Part shown: piece by piece, positions 34,601 to 38,519 of the stretch
How positions within the stretch are numbered: position 1 is the stretch's first letter
Layout of the letters: every line of letters starts with the position of its first letter
Assembly: GCA_965644315.1 (NCBI GenBank)
Contig: CBFFRQ010000147.1
Coordinates: 1 to 62,892 of the forward strand
Direction of reading: 5' to 3'
Length of the DNA stretch: 62,892 nt
Origin: Caecitellus pseudoparvulus
Taxonomy: Eukaryota > Protista > Bigyra: Bicosoecida
The notes under the pieces: generated by a model
Told to the model about the DNA's origin: nothing
The model's input: only the letters and a program-made list of their open reading frames with translations
Databases searched by the model: none
Made by a program: the position numbers and the translations under genes

Positions 34601-37600
34601 GACGAGGATTTCGCAGCCCCCGAAGACGTTGCCGCCTATTCTCTCAGAATCATCGGCAGCACTCCTGAGATTGACGACGTGCAGTCGCTCTTCTCCTTGT
34701 CCAAGGCAGGCGCTGGACAGTGGTCGTTGGGCACAGAGCCCTTCACGAAGCAAATGATTGGCAAGCTGCACCCTGAGCAGACCCTCCACTTGGAAGCTAC
34801 CGATGAATCAGGCAGCTCTTTCGATGCAGGCTTTGACGTGACAGTTACGGTCGGTCCCATGGCTCCGTTCCTCCTGTCTGATGAGGTTTTGTTTGTGAAT
34901 GAGAACTTGAAAGCTGGAACTGTCATGGCGCAGTTGAACATTGCTGACATTGACGGGGGAGTCCCAGGCTCCGTGCGAGTGCTGGGTGAGGGCGAGTCCA
35001 GCTTCAGTGTTTCGTTTGTGCAGGGCGTGTGGTCCATGCTGACTCTTGTGTCCTTTGACAAGGAGAGTAAAGACGAGTTTTCCTTCCCTATTGTCATGGC
35101 CGACACTTCTGTCCCGCCAATGACCCGCCTGGTGAACCTCCGGATTAACGTTCTGGACCGCAACGAGTACCCCTCTCGCCCTGGCACCCAGCCTGGCGCG
35201 CCTGTGTCCTTCGCCTTTGCCGAGGGCGTCGCTGCAGGGGAGTGGTTCGGCATGCTGCCGACATTTGACGTGGACCGCAACGAGACTGGCCTGCTGCGCA
35301 TCACTGCCCAGACGCCCAACACCTTCAGCAACTCTGGTGATGACTGGACCCTGGTGCGGCGTGAGGCTGGTTGGGCTCTATCCAACGCCTTTGATGCCGA
35401 CTACGAGGCTGGCCAGGATGCCGAGAGCACCATCACCATCGAGCTGGCAGATGAGCGCGAGCCAACCGTCGTGACTGCCACCTTCACCGTCAAGGTGCAG
35501 GTGCTGAACGTGAACGAGGGCGGCATGCTGACCACTGGCACCACCTTCAGTGTGGCTGAGGATGTCGGGTACCAGCAGGAGCTGGCCGTGGGCCGCACAG
35601 TCGGCACCATTGCCTGGTCGGATGAGGATGACTTCACAGGGCACACTGCCCAGTACACTGCTGCCATCCAGGGCGACGTCCCCTTCACCCTGGTGTCCAC
35701 TGGCCCCAAGGCCTGGGACATTGACACGGCAGCTGGAATTGACTTTGAGGCTGTCTCCAGCTACACCTTCGACGTGGTTGTGGCGGATGCTGACCCTCTC
35801 GTGCTGCCCAACGCAGCTGGTGGGCAGATAGGCAAGACCTGGACCACCACCTACACCATCGCCGTATCTGACGTGGCTGAGCCCACAGTGACGGCGACAC
35901 CCAGTGTCACAGCCACGCCTTCCTCCAGCGCCTCGCCTTCCGTCACTGCCGCTGTGACGCCCAGCCGCACAGCCGTGCCGACGCCATCCTCCACCTCTGC
36001 CGTGACACCCTCCGCCACCCCCACCCGCACCGCAGTGCCATCGCGCTCCCCTGGCTCAGTGCCCACTGCATCTGTGTCTCCCAGTGCTGCTGCGACGCCC
36101 TCCACCACGCCTGTGCCAGGTGTCGTTCAGAAGGTTGGAGGTGGCCTGACTCAGCTGGGCGCAGTGGTACCACTGGGCAGCGAAACTGGCTCCACGCCCC
36201 CCACACTCCTGTTCAGCGCCAGCTCCATCTCCACTGGCAACGAGCTGTACCGCCAGGACTTCCCTGCTGCTGTGAGCCTGGCCGCTGAGCTGGCTGACGG
36301 CACCCTGTCTTCCTCCCCCTCCCAGCTGAGGCGTGTGCCTGTCCAGGACGCCGTGTGCTTCGTGGCTGCTTCCACACAGCACGGCAAGGAGGTCTTCTGC
36401 TACACCAACGCGGACCGCGTGTGGCTGGCTAGCGACGTCTCCCCTGGTGCAGCAGGCAGCAACCCCAAGATCCTGGCCGTGACCGGCAGCGCCTTGATCG
36501 TCAGCGCCACTGTGCAGGGCTCGTCTCGCTCTGCCATCTACCGTGTGAGCGTGGACGCCACTGCCCCGAACACCTGGAGCAAGGTGGGCGACCTGCACAA
36601 CGCACGCCTGTACACCAAGACCGCCTCTGGTGCGTACTTCGTCGCGACAGGTGCAGACGACCAGGAGCACGTGTACACCGGTATGGGCGCCGTGGTCACC
36701 GCCATCGACACGACCTCTGCGAATGCGGTCACCATCGAGTCCATGGCCGCTGCCAAGGACTCCCTCATCCTGTCTGGCTCTGACGCCGCTGGTGTTGTCT
36801 CTGTGCGCCTGTTCACGCCCGACACCACTGGCCCCACCACCGGCACCGTCATCACCCTGGGCCTTGCACGCCGTGCCCTGTCTGGCCGTGCCCTGCAGAG
36901 TGTGCGCAGCCCACGCTTCATGACGACTCTGGGCGAGGACGTGTACTTCGCGTGGCGCTCGGAGTCTGACCCCAGCAAGGATGCGCTGTGGCGCGTGCAG
37001 GCCACTGGCGAGGCGACGGAGGTGGCCATGATCCCCAAGCCTGCCTCCGCACCCACCACCGCCACTGTGCGAGCTGCCTCCATCATCGCAGCAGGCGGAT
37101 CCATCTTCGTGGAGAGCTCTGGCGCGTCAGGAGACGCCACCGTCACTGACATCTTCAAGTGGGTGGACGGCACCTGGTTCGCCCTGAGCAGCCGAGACGT
37201 GTCTGCCGGGCGCGATGTCGGCTCCAACCCTAGCGCCCTCACCTCCATCTCCGACAACGCCTTCTCCTACTCCGCCACGACCAGCGGCGAGAGCAGCCCT
37301 GACACCTTCATCTTCGACGCTGCTCGCTCCGCCACTGCTTCCGCGGTCATGCCCAGCGTGAGCCCCACGCCTTCCGGCAGCCCTGTGCCCGCTGCCCAGG
37401 CATCTCAGCCCGAGCCTGAGGCTGAAGACAACAGCGGTGCCCTGAGCGCCGGCATCGCCGTCATCGCTGTACTGGTCATCGCCATCGGCGCCTTCATGGT
37501 GTACCGCGCTGGCGTCTGCTCCAAGCGCAAGGAGCCCAAGGCCGTGCCCGCCACCCCCGTGAACCAGGGTGCCGCGGCCCCTGCTGCCCCCGCAGCAACC

Positions 37601-37624
37601 ACTGCTGAGCCTGCACAGGCTTAG
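7622..37624 (+). CDS. Giant (~10,000 aa) cadherin-repeat type I membrane/surface protein
   Basis: One open frame. The first ATG (7622) starts a signal peptide, MRAPSLAFLALASVVSSAWA. A Cys-patterned C-type-lectin-like domain follows (~7688-8068). Cadherin Ca-binding motifs recur throughout: PENSPGGTLIG, AENTPAGTVIG, DED/DVD, DFE/LDFE, DRNDAP/DKNDPP/DVNE. Then a Pro/Ser/Thr stalk (~35885-36118), an ELWxxDGT-like propeller (~36120-37330), the TM helix GIAVIAVLVIAIGAFMVY (~37450-37504) and a short cytoplasmic tail. Confidence 0.9.
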   Translation: MRAPSLAFLALASVVSSAWATSCPVGGTLATWDTNFDTCIDVETAAAFGPPPTCTYGSLWTPLEQSEVVAVQSAASSTVFVAKWSNSRHEFVDRNDNALPESIVQAIVSDVPGATLHPIVTGATDACFAFDGSSYVEETCSNSLDTICNEAATCTGILEYNAATRRCHLPYLFTKADPSTPYGPDVTSTDYTAPISATVYVGSDTLFQLFVDKNLPGTDLSTVSTLNEAGACSLTPVASHSAASGGIRENVHITADTSGCTAGQTSTFDAIIGSHTLSFSVTIKALDDSFGLDGYPGNPVAAAFNLNLVGASVATTLSRPISVLNVASSAAKVVGTSIDDITNVANGDTPAVSTTHDEYGAVSVDLQAKDGSDADVGAAMPLYLTPVAVSGTDIPTAVSFASAGDVDATAYDKRVHFAGSLTGFDPNELEVQAGPWSGSTASLLFGQTSGFVLLVGAVNFGTTLSFSIEPVLDGTSLTAPETLTVLDTVSLAWSSTSGSVDEKTAFSGFTLTFTDTSIADDSTVAGITFSGSLATALGLSTISGSDMTVSPGSATYTVSVANTDITARDAFAADGGSDCAGPWGLTITGAVAAGQSSPEATLSVSNVADTYALQGSTADFAVDELASTSFTVDIQGPDLFPSCTNTAAFSASFDIAAATVDVDCSAAVTLVDTQNGQVACDVDITAVKSVPDIYAIDSTNFNSGTGGITADLTLGGGAQASNSHTATMTVNNVDQSPTNVALTLHVDSSSGVTESALADHNVFSLTFEDADIIVGEPSTVPAVTFTDTESNFLDLKVSGAATTNGEITLLVQLNTDFDFEGLGLTGYTGTSPAAPQTVTVTATVAGPVPDDDGADIDLINVQELPAAASITYGNLQAVSENAGSTSDLVTITLTNTPEFAHSYVGFLQVVSVADGTPLATPAGGDTTLTLTPHKTGSADVDVTVLEHLTFELPSSAWSRSGASVVATVGVADFDLEAVLTEQGVDYSDYDAAGTPGTALKVVLLSEDGTAHVTSTTSFVPELVNVQELPAAASITYGSLQAVSENAGSTSDLVDVTLAVDEVEHGYVGFLQVVSVADGTPLATPAGGDTTLTLTPHKTGSADVDVTVLEHLTFELPSSAWSRSGASVVATVGVADFDLEAVLTEQGVDYSDYDAAGTPGTALKVVLLSEDGTAHVTSTTSFVPELVNVQELPAAASITYGSLQAVSENAGSTSDLVDVTLAVDEVEHGYVGFLQVVSVADGTPLATPAGGDTTLTLTPHKTGSADVDVTVLEHLTFELPSSAWSRSGASVVATVGVADFDLEAVLTEQGVDYSDYDAAGTPGTALKVVLLSEDGTAHVTSTTSFVPELVNVQELPAAASITYGSLQAVSENAGSTSDLVDVTLAVDEVEHGYVGFLQVVSVADGTPLATPAGGDTTLTLTPHKTGSADVDVTVLEHLTFELPSSAWSRSGASVVATVGVADFDLEAVLTEQGVDYSDYDAAGTPGTALKVVLLSEDGTAHVTSTTSFVPELVNVQELPAAASITYGSLQAVSENAGSTSDLVDVTLAVDEVEHGYVGFLQVVSVADGTPLATPAGGDTTLTLTPHKTGSADVDVTVLEHLTFELPSSAWSRSGASVVATVGVADFDLEAVLTEQGVDYSDYDAAGTPGTALKVVLLSEDGTAHVTSTTSFVPELVNVQELPAAASITYGSLQAVSENAGSTSDLVDVTLAVDEVEHGYVGFLQVVSVADGTPLATPAGGDTTLTLTPHKTGSADVDVTVLEHLTFELPSSAWSRSGASVVATVGVADFDLEAVLTEQGVDYSDYDAAGTPGTALKVVLLSEDGTAHVTSTTSFVPELVNVQELPAAASITYGSLQAVSENAGSTSDLVDVTLAVDEVEHGYVGFLQVVSVADGTPLATPAGGDTTLTLTPHKTGSADVDVTVLEHLTFELPSSAWSRSGASVVATVGVADFDLEAVLTEQGVDYSDYDAAGTPGTALKVVLLSEDGTAHVTSTTSFVPELVNVQELPAAASITYGSLQAVSENAGSTSDLVDVTLAVDEVEHGYVGFLQVVSVADGTPLATPAGGDTTLTLTPHKTGSADVDVTVLEHLTFELPSSAWSRSGASVVATVGVADFDLEAVLTEQGVDYSDYDAAGTPGTALKVVLLSEDGTAHVTSTTSFVPELVNVQELPAAASITYGSLQAVSENAGSTSDLVDVTLAVDEVEHGYVGFLQVVSVADGTPLATPAGGDTTLTLTPHKTGSADVDVTVLEHLTFELPSSAWSRSGASVVATVGVADFDLEAVLTEQGVDYSDYDAAGTPGTALKVVLLSEDGTAHVTSTTSFVPELVNAQELPAAASITYGSLQAVSENAGSTSDLVDVTLAVDEVEHGYVGFLQVVSVADGTPLATPAGGDTTLTLTPHKTGSADVDVTVLEHLTFELPSSAWSRSGASVVATVGVADFDLEAVLTEQGVDYSDYDAAGTPGTALKVVLLSEDGTAHVTSTTSFVPELVNAQELPAAASITYGSLQAVSENAGSTSDLVDVTLAVDEVEHGYVGFLQVVSVADGTPLATPAGGDTTLTLTPHKTGSADVDVTVLEHLTFELPSSAWSRSGASVVATVGVADFDLEAVLTEQGVDYSDYDAAGTPGTALKVVLLSEDGTAHVTSTTSFVPELVNVQELPAAASITYGSLQAVSENAGSTSDLVDVTLAVDEVEHGYVGFLQVVSVADGTPLATPAGGDTTLTLTPHKTGSADVDVTVLEHLTFELPSSAWSRSGASVVATVGVADFDLEAVLTEQGVDYSDYDAAGTPGTALKVVLLSEDGTAHVTSTTSFVPELVNVQELPAAASITYGSLQAVSENAGSTSDLVDVTLAVDEVEHGYVGFLQVVSVADGTPLATPAGGDTTLTLTPHKTGSADVDVTVLEHLTFELPSSAWSRSGASVVATVGVADFDLEAVLTEQGVDYSDYDAAGTPGTALKVVLLSEDGTAHVTSTTSFVPELVNVQELPAAASITYGSLQAVSENAGSTSDLVDVTLAVDEVEHGYVGFLQVVSVADGTPLATPAGGDTTLTLTPHKTGSADVDVTVLEHLTFELPSSAWSRSGASVVATVGVADFDLEAVLTEQGVDYSDYDAAGTPGTALKVVLLSEDGTAHVTSTTSFVPELVNAQELPAAASITYGSLQAVSENAGSTSDLVDVTLAVDEVEHGYVGFLQVVSVADGTPLATPAGGDTTLTLTPHKTGSADVDVTVLEHLTFELPSSAWSRSGASVVATVGVADFDLEAVLTEQGVDYSDYDAAGTPGTALKVVLLSEDGTAHVTSTTSFVPELVNVQELPAAASITYGSLQAVSENAGSTSDLVDVTLAVDEVEHGYVGFLQVVSVADGTPLATPAGGDTTLTLTPHKTGSADVDVTVLEHLTFELPSSAWSRSGASVVATVGVADFDLEAVLTEQGVDYSDYDAAGTPGTALKVVLLSEDGTAHVTSTTSFVPELVNVQELPAAASITYGSLQAVSENAGSTSDLVDVTLAVDEVEHGYVGFLQVVSVADGTPLATPAGGDTTLTLTPHKTGSADVDVTVLEHLTFELPSSAWSRSGASVVATVGVADFDLEAVLTEQGVDYSDYDAAGTPGTALKVVLLSEDGTAHVTSTTSFVPELVNVQELPAAASITYGSLQAVSENAGSTSDLVDVTLAVDEVEHGYVGFLQVVSVADGTPLATPAGGDTTLTLTPHKTGSADVDVTVLEHLTFELPSSAWSRSGASVVATVGVADFDLEAVLTEQGVDYSDYDAAGTPGTALKVVLLSEDGTAHVTSTTSFVPELVNVQELPAAASITYGSLQAVSENAGSTSDLVDVTLAVDEVEHGYVGFLQVVSVADGTPLATPAGGDTTLTLTPHKTGSADVDVTVLEHLTFELPSSAWSRSGASVVATVGVADFDLEAVLTEQGVDYSDYDAAGTPGTALKVVLLSEDGTAHVTSTTSFVPELVNVQELPAAASITYGSLQAVSENAGSTSDLVDVTLAVDEVEHGYVGFLQVVSVADGTPLATPAGGDTTLTLTPHKTGSADVDVTVLEHLTFELPSSAWSRSGASVVATVGVADFDLEAVLTEQGVDYSDYDAAGTPGTALKVVLLSEDGTAHVTSTTSFVPELVNVQELPAAASITYGSLQAVSENAGSTSDLVDVTLAVDEVEHGYVGFLQVVSVADGTPLATPAGGDTTLTLTPHKTGSADVDVTVLEHLTFELPSSAWSRSGASVVATVGVADFDLEAVLTEQGVDYSDYDAAGTPGTALKVVLLSEDGTAHVTSTTSFVPELVNVQELPAAASITYGSLQAVSENAGSTSDLVDVTLAVDEVEHGYVGFLQVVSVADGTPLATPAGGDTTLTLTPHKTGSADVDVTVLEHLTFELPSSAWSRSGASVVATVGVADFDLEAVLTEQGVDYSDYDAAGTPGTALKVVLLSEDGTAHVTSTTSFVPELVNVQELPAAASITYGSLQAVSENAGSTSDLVDVTLAVDEVEHGYVGFLQVVSVADGTPLATPAGGDTTLTLTPHKTGSADVDVTVLEHLTFELPSSAWSRSGASVVATVGVADFDLEAVLTEQGVDYSDYDAAGTPGTALKVVLLSEDGTAHVTSTTSFVPELVNVKEYDEGLLLSVSVSTSSDSVEENNVGATLISVLVTSIDVEGDDIISDGSVTSLDAASDPLPAAFDVGSWSVAAPVALTHSFSGTATFSVDAPGADFEAILMEDAGGVPTPPFPGTFDIEFLAQFESGGNTASSTTLLLTVSDMDELATAVFDGASTVYCSERESGSQIATANADGTGGSLVFTVVDEDFITDPSDPDQFMSFSGSVQSAYASHLQQSFAPATHEYSTSGTEVEFGIRCSPFDFEGFVHAFPDVPKTMSDTRATFGFDVETDPFGSASQVLSETLTMVLVDKNDPPTGTGLLRNMGFVIPENSPGGTLIGQLDTADEDRRLREDPITSVKVFSLGAQVEPFKLPSGAWAIRSTADATFNLEDAEGSFGSNTPDDVVVHMHTFEPGQHKQGVPRGLQSTASSFVPGTDRVIGAPNRRESNACDAIPSAVLDSLQDDSSQTSGTQHESEALHGAADLASFVEDSQLVYSTQFSEHDKRYRQTPLCIVVYDCGGPDRATPATCDDENLSSHVKARAFSSFLYIVDRNDAPQLKDLYSSVTTKSDFTDSFTVAENTPAGTVIGSLEFADEDVGDTIGTVEVSGDAAAFFSVTHAPAGWELATRKAFDFEDPSANPGATNAMTVQLRVFDYRSQGPPAESIIPITVTVTDENDQDHALLSSALSINELVRDATPPTAGTSLGSFSISKPGSLGRGLTSATVSSTSLDAGSTMFTLSTSINDADVDDIVITVSTSASAPEVELDHETTSSFTITVDLVDSASPTRSSTLTVPVTIADIDDPPELLLDETNKATLLLDDASHTIGVLLQASDVDSDLLASDFDVQEGGSTSTVFGVADGEAPGAFQLVVLEGATLSAGTHSLSVTVTTDGAASQTGTVDVEVRDAGYHPKAQVLQHTLSFTETDLASTCETVALTDFDLDTDESSFDASAYSVELDGATATAATANKHGLEFKVLYTDAHGLQLAVCPVAASAPGLELDGSSQLASSNSFTVKVADAVSSDFENSPDTLQLTVLVTAVNEVATAAAYDAGRVTELEEDARDASGAFVPQMVGTVTLTDPESGVSPAAGVSASVASEYLSVAWDSDASAWQVWSAGVDLSNAGSDPYTLDCAVSFVGTGEAGVDVSVSTAACSVSVTDRSEAPSVTAEFLQSGGAVANVREEAVSQVVFCVGESDVVDGDSADFGSAAHTIVSAELVGEAPVPGTGGANSFFDLEVTPGSSSCVITVSTNEGTAPLLNYEEAAAHTFDLVITTGVSGDAGTEETVMVGFVVDVTDIQKAPFLLTGAGGSVTSSVSLAVLEEEPAGTEVGHLYFSDDDGDAVESVEVLGSDVSRFVVDVSGSDVVVKTLVVFDAEDSQPNSYTFAVRVKEVKPAGVLASTRVVTVTVDIIGVDEAPTLGVGVVLDVPEAVSGAVSGSRGSWSRSPDVSFPLAVGTVPAADVDTAASSLVFGATDSDWDFSGAVLRIASGSSIMASALDFEASDPAASWSVPVTVSDGTTTDTGSVTVQVVDRNDPPALVGTGSHAGIEENAADGTIVSHIADGSAAGIGSESAVVAFFDEDGDVGDALQSLSLSVSPAYFGELFTLEASTASGDGANYAHIVYRSVGSKSLDAEDVMLPAGGVITMTVRGRDVWPVSSEAVGDVEHVFSVKVFDVNEEPTASGLSATIGESAVGAAPASFAVTVRDVDVGHTLSVKSLDVNAPDTLRVTLSHVASSYTAAVAGTPGTLTVTVTLDAGDFEEGATFTAALVITDDWGTPMDTPFLLEVTMTPVNEVATAAAYDAGRVTELEEDARDASGAFVPQMVGTVTLTDPESGVSPAAGVSASVASEYLSVAWDSDASAWQVWSAGVDLSNAGSDPYTLDCAVSFVGTGEAGVDVSVSTAACSVSVTDRSEAPSVTAEFLQSGGAVANVREEAVSQVVFCVGESDVVDGDSADFGSAAHTIVSAELVGEAPVPGTGGANSFFDLEVTPGSSSCVITVSTNEGTAPLLNYEEAAAHTFDLVITTGVSGDAGTEETVTVGFVVDVTDIQKAPFLLTGAGGSVTSSVSLAVLEEEPAGTEVGHLYFSDDDGDAVESVEVLGSDVSRFVVDVSGSDVVVKTLVVFDAEDSQPNSYTFAVRVKEVKPAGVLASTRVVTVTVDIIGVDEAPTLGVGVVLDVPEAVSGAVSGSRGSWSRSPDVSFPLAVGTVPAADVDTAASSLVFGATDSDWDFSGAVLRIASGSSIMASALDFEASDPAASWSVPVTVSDGTTTDTGSVTVQVVDRNDPPALVGTGSHAGIEENAADGTIVSHIADGSAAGIGSESAVVAFFDEDGDVGDALQSLSLSVSPAYFGELFTLEASTASGDGANYAHIVYRSVGSKSLDAEDVMLPAGGVITMTVRGRDVWPVSSEAVGDVEHVFSVKVFDVNEEPTASGLSATIGESAVGAAPASFAVTVRDVDVGHTLSVKSLDVNAPDTLRVTLSHVASSYTAAVAGTPGTLTVTVTLDAGDFEEGATFTAALVITDDWGTPMDTPFLLEVTMTPVNEVATAAAYDAGRVTELEEDARDASGAFVPQMVGTVTLTDPESGVSPAAGVSASVASEYLSVAWDSDASAWQVWSAGVDLSNAGSDPYTLDCAVSFVGTGEAGVDVSVSTAACSVSVTDRSEAPSVTAEFLQSGGAVANVREEAVSQVVFCVGESDVVDGDSADFGSAAHTIVSAELVGEAPVPGTGGANSFFDLEVTPGSSSCVITVSTNEGTAPLLNYEEAAAHTFDLVITTGVSGDAGTEETVTVGFVVDVTDIQKAPFLLTGAGGSVTSSVSLAVLEEEPAGTEVGHLYFSDDDGDAVESVEVLGSDVSRFVVDVSGSDVVVKTLVVFDAEDSQPNSYTFAVRVKEVKPAGVLASTRVVTVTVDIIGVDEAPTLGVGVVLDVPEAVSGAVSGSRGSWSRSPDVSFPLSIAPVPVEDADAGVGSLTFSSTDSDWDFSGAVLRIASGSSIMASALDFEASDPAASWSVPVTVSDGTTTDTGSVTVQVVDRNDPPALVGTGSHAGIEENAADGTIVSHIADGSAAGIGSESAVVAFFDEDGDVGDALQSLSLSVSPAYFGELFTLEASTASGDGANYAHIVYRSVGSKSLDAEDVMLPAGGVITMTVRGRDVWPVSSEAVGDVEHVFSVKVFDVNEEPTASGLSATIAESAVGAAPASFAVTVRDVDVGHTLRVKSLDVNAPDTLRVTLSHVASSYTAAVAGTPGTLTVTVTLDAGDFEEGATFTAALVITDDWGTPMDTPFLLEVTMTPVNEVATAAAYDAGRVTELEEDARDASGAFVPQMVGTVTLTDPESGVSPAAGVSASVASEYLSVAWDSDASAWQVWSAGVDLSNAGSDPYTLDCAVSFVGTGEAGVDVSVSTAACSVSVTDRSEAPSVTAEFLQSGGAVANVREEAVSQVVFCVGESDVVDGDSADFGSAAHTIVSAELVGEAPVPGTGGANSFFDLEVTPGSSSCVITVSTNEGTAPLLNYEEAAAHTFDLVITTGVSGDAGTEETVTVGFVVDVTDIQKAPFLLTGAGGSVTSSVSLAVLEEEPAGTEVGHLYFSDDDGDAVESVEVLGSDVSRFVVDVSGSDVVVKTLVVFDAEDSQPNSYTFAVRVKEVKPAGVLASTRVVTVTVDIIGVDEAPTLGVGVVLDVPEAVSGAVSGSRGSWSRSPDVSFPLAVGTVPAADVDTAASSLVFGATDSDWDFSGAVLRIASGSSIMASALDFEASDPAASWSVPVTVSDGTTTDTGSVTVQVVDRNDPPALVGTGSHAGIEENAADGTIVSHIADGSAAGIGSESAVVAFFDEDGDVGDALQSLSLSVSPAYFGELFTLEASTASGDGANYAHIVYRSVGSKSLDAEDVMLPAGGVITMTVRGRDVWPVSSEAVGDVEHVFSVKVFDVNEVSQIVSTSASVAEATDESVPGNFTLYVTDVDVGDVLSATSVSVSGTASGISISMSEQEFSRDATTLVGTLSVVVQLDEGDFEAVQGFDCVLVVSGDGAGVASFDVEVTLTDVNERPKVALSGGVSTIQVEENTNSVTGGLVFTDPEGASLEGAVRVAGSAPFAVARLSGTGGVSEWSVQYLGQPLDFESDTESAVLSFTVVVDDGVEREYTFDVTLTNVLEDLVLDTSVVILREGSSTTSSRVVVSDPDGHALSVGNLGMVTGGVVLSQEASSSGTVTAVFTGGSQLDFETQPMVPIELVVLKNGAQNALQLTIHVEDYNEAPTVQLPDSFEIPEGSSQGTPASGAFTVSNPEGAVSASNIHVASSDWAVQAGSQPGEYHLVQVGGTYDFETQGSVDLQLTIDDSSDSPVPLDDPVAESALRVFTATVLLTDVNEPLRMASNSAVEFTLTEAALEGSRLGSTSDHIVVEDEDFAAPEDVAAYSLRIIGSTPEIDDVQSLFSLSKAGAGQWSLGTEPFTKQMIGKLHPEQTLHLEATDESGSSFDAGFDVTVTVGPMAPFLLSDEVLFVNENLKAGTVMAQLNIADIDGGVPGSVRVLGEGESSFSVSFVQGVWSMLTLVSFDKESKDEFSFPIVMADTSVPPMTRLVNLRINVLDRNEYPSRPGTQPGAPVSFAFAEGVAAGEWFGMLPTFDVDRNETGLLRITAQTPNTFSNSGDDWTLVRREAGWALSNAFDADYEAGQDAESTITIELADEREPTVVTATFTVKVQVLNVNEGGMLTTGTTFSVAEDVGYQQELAVGRTVGTIAWSDEDDFTGHTAQYTAAIQGDVPFTLVSTGPKAWDIDTAAGIDFEAVSSYTFDVVVADADPLVLPNAAGGQIGKTWTTTYTIAVSDVAEPTVTATPSVTATPSSSASPSVTAAVTPSRTAVPTPSSTSAVTPSATPTRTAVPSRSPGSVPTASVSPSAAATPSTTPVPGVVQKVGGGLTQLGAVVPLGSETGSTPPTLLFSASSISTGNELYRQDFPAAVSLAAELADGTLSSSPSQLRRVPVQDAVCFVAASTQHGKEVFCYTNADRVWLASDVSPGAAGSNPKILAVTGSALIVSATVQGSSRSAIYRVSVDATAPNTWSKVGDLHNARLYTKTASGAYFVATGADDQEHVYTGMGAVVTAIDTTSANAVTIESMAAAKDSLILSGSDAAGVVSVRLFTPDTTGPTTGTVITLGLARRALSGRALQSVRSPRFMTTLGEDVYFAWRSESDPSKDALWRVQATGEATEVAMIPKPASAPTTATVRAASIIAAGGSIFVESSGASGDATVTDIFKWVDGTWFALSSRDVSAGRDVGSNPSALTSISDNAFSYSATTSGESSPDTFIFDAARSATASAVMPSVSPTPSGSPVPAAQASQPEPEAEDNSGALSAGIAVIAVLVIAIGAFMVYRAGVCSKRKEPKAVPATPVNQGAAAPAAPAATTAEPAQA
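10199..21453 (+). repeat. Coding tandem array: 23 units of 489 bp (163 aa; the first unit is 492 bp), each an enlarged cadherin-like domain
   Basis: AACGTGCAGGAG starts at 10199 and 10691, then every 489 bp to 21449. Each unit carries SENAG, DFDLE and LVNVQE motifs. In units 2-23 I see variation only at the Thr-Pro codon pair, at a V/A codon and at one synonymous Leu codon. Confidence 0.95.
24512..33193 (+). repeat. Coding tandem array: ~3.85 units of 2256 bp (752 aa, about 6 cadherin-like domains each)
   Basis: GTGAACGAGGTGGCCACT starts at 24512, 26768, 29024 and 31280. The last unit is truncated at 33193. The units are near-identical apart from a few substitutions and one diverged patch at 30257-30320. 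Confidence 0.95.
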
Positions 37625-38519
37625 AGGCTGGACAGCCGTCCCGCCAACCGTTGAGCTTCCACCCGCTTGGCCTGCGAACAGGCTAAGCGGGCAGGGCTCG
37701 ACACGCCCCCCTCTGATCGAGTCGCAATAGTAGGCCGAGCACGCCTCGTGTGGTCCCGCGTTCGGCCCGCCTTCGGGCAGGGCCCTGCGCGTCACGCGGC
37801 AGTCCGTAGTTTTCTGGCGCGAGGGTTGTGTTGGTTCCCACAATGCAGCTTCATCGATTTGTGCATCTGTAGCCAGATGCGAACCTTGCCGGAACGGATC
37901 AATCGTGCGGCGCCATTGGAGCTCACTGACAAAAATCGCTTAGAGATCAAAACAAAGACGCACTCTCTCGTGATTTGGTCTGAAATCTCCTTGCGTAGAT
38001 TGTTTCGTCGCCGTGGACAGCGCTGTTCAAAGTCTGTCCCTGCCTGTTAGCTGAGCCAGTAAACGGTGGATTGCAGCCTGGAGGCGAGGGAGGCAGACTA
38101 GGGCGGTGTCGTTGACCACTATGGAATCTTTTGTCTTGCTGCATTACAACGTAGTCTGCCTTCTTGCAATAACTCAGCATAAAGTTGCAAAGTGACTGTG
38201 AAGTGCCGGCAGCTTAGCTGCGGAAATCGGTTGTGAGTATCATGTTTGTAGGCGGCGATTCTGGTGAAGGTGGCCCGAGGTTGAGCTATCTGCCGTGCTC
38301 GGCACATCAATGCTTGGGAAATGCTGTTTGATGCGAGACATGAAGGCTTGGGTTCTTCCTGGTCCCGCTGCAGCGGGTAGGAAGTTCTCCGTTGCCTTGG
38401 AGATGGCTTGCAAGTGCTGCTCTGACGGCTTGGTCTGTAAGCGGGCCGTGATAGAGCGATGGATTTACCGCTGCATGCTCATGGTAGGAAGTATGCTGGT
38501 ATAAGCTGCTTCCTCCGCC

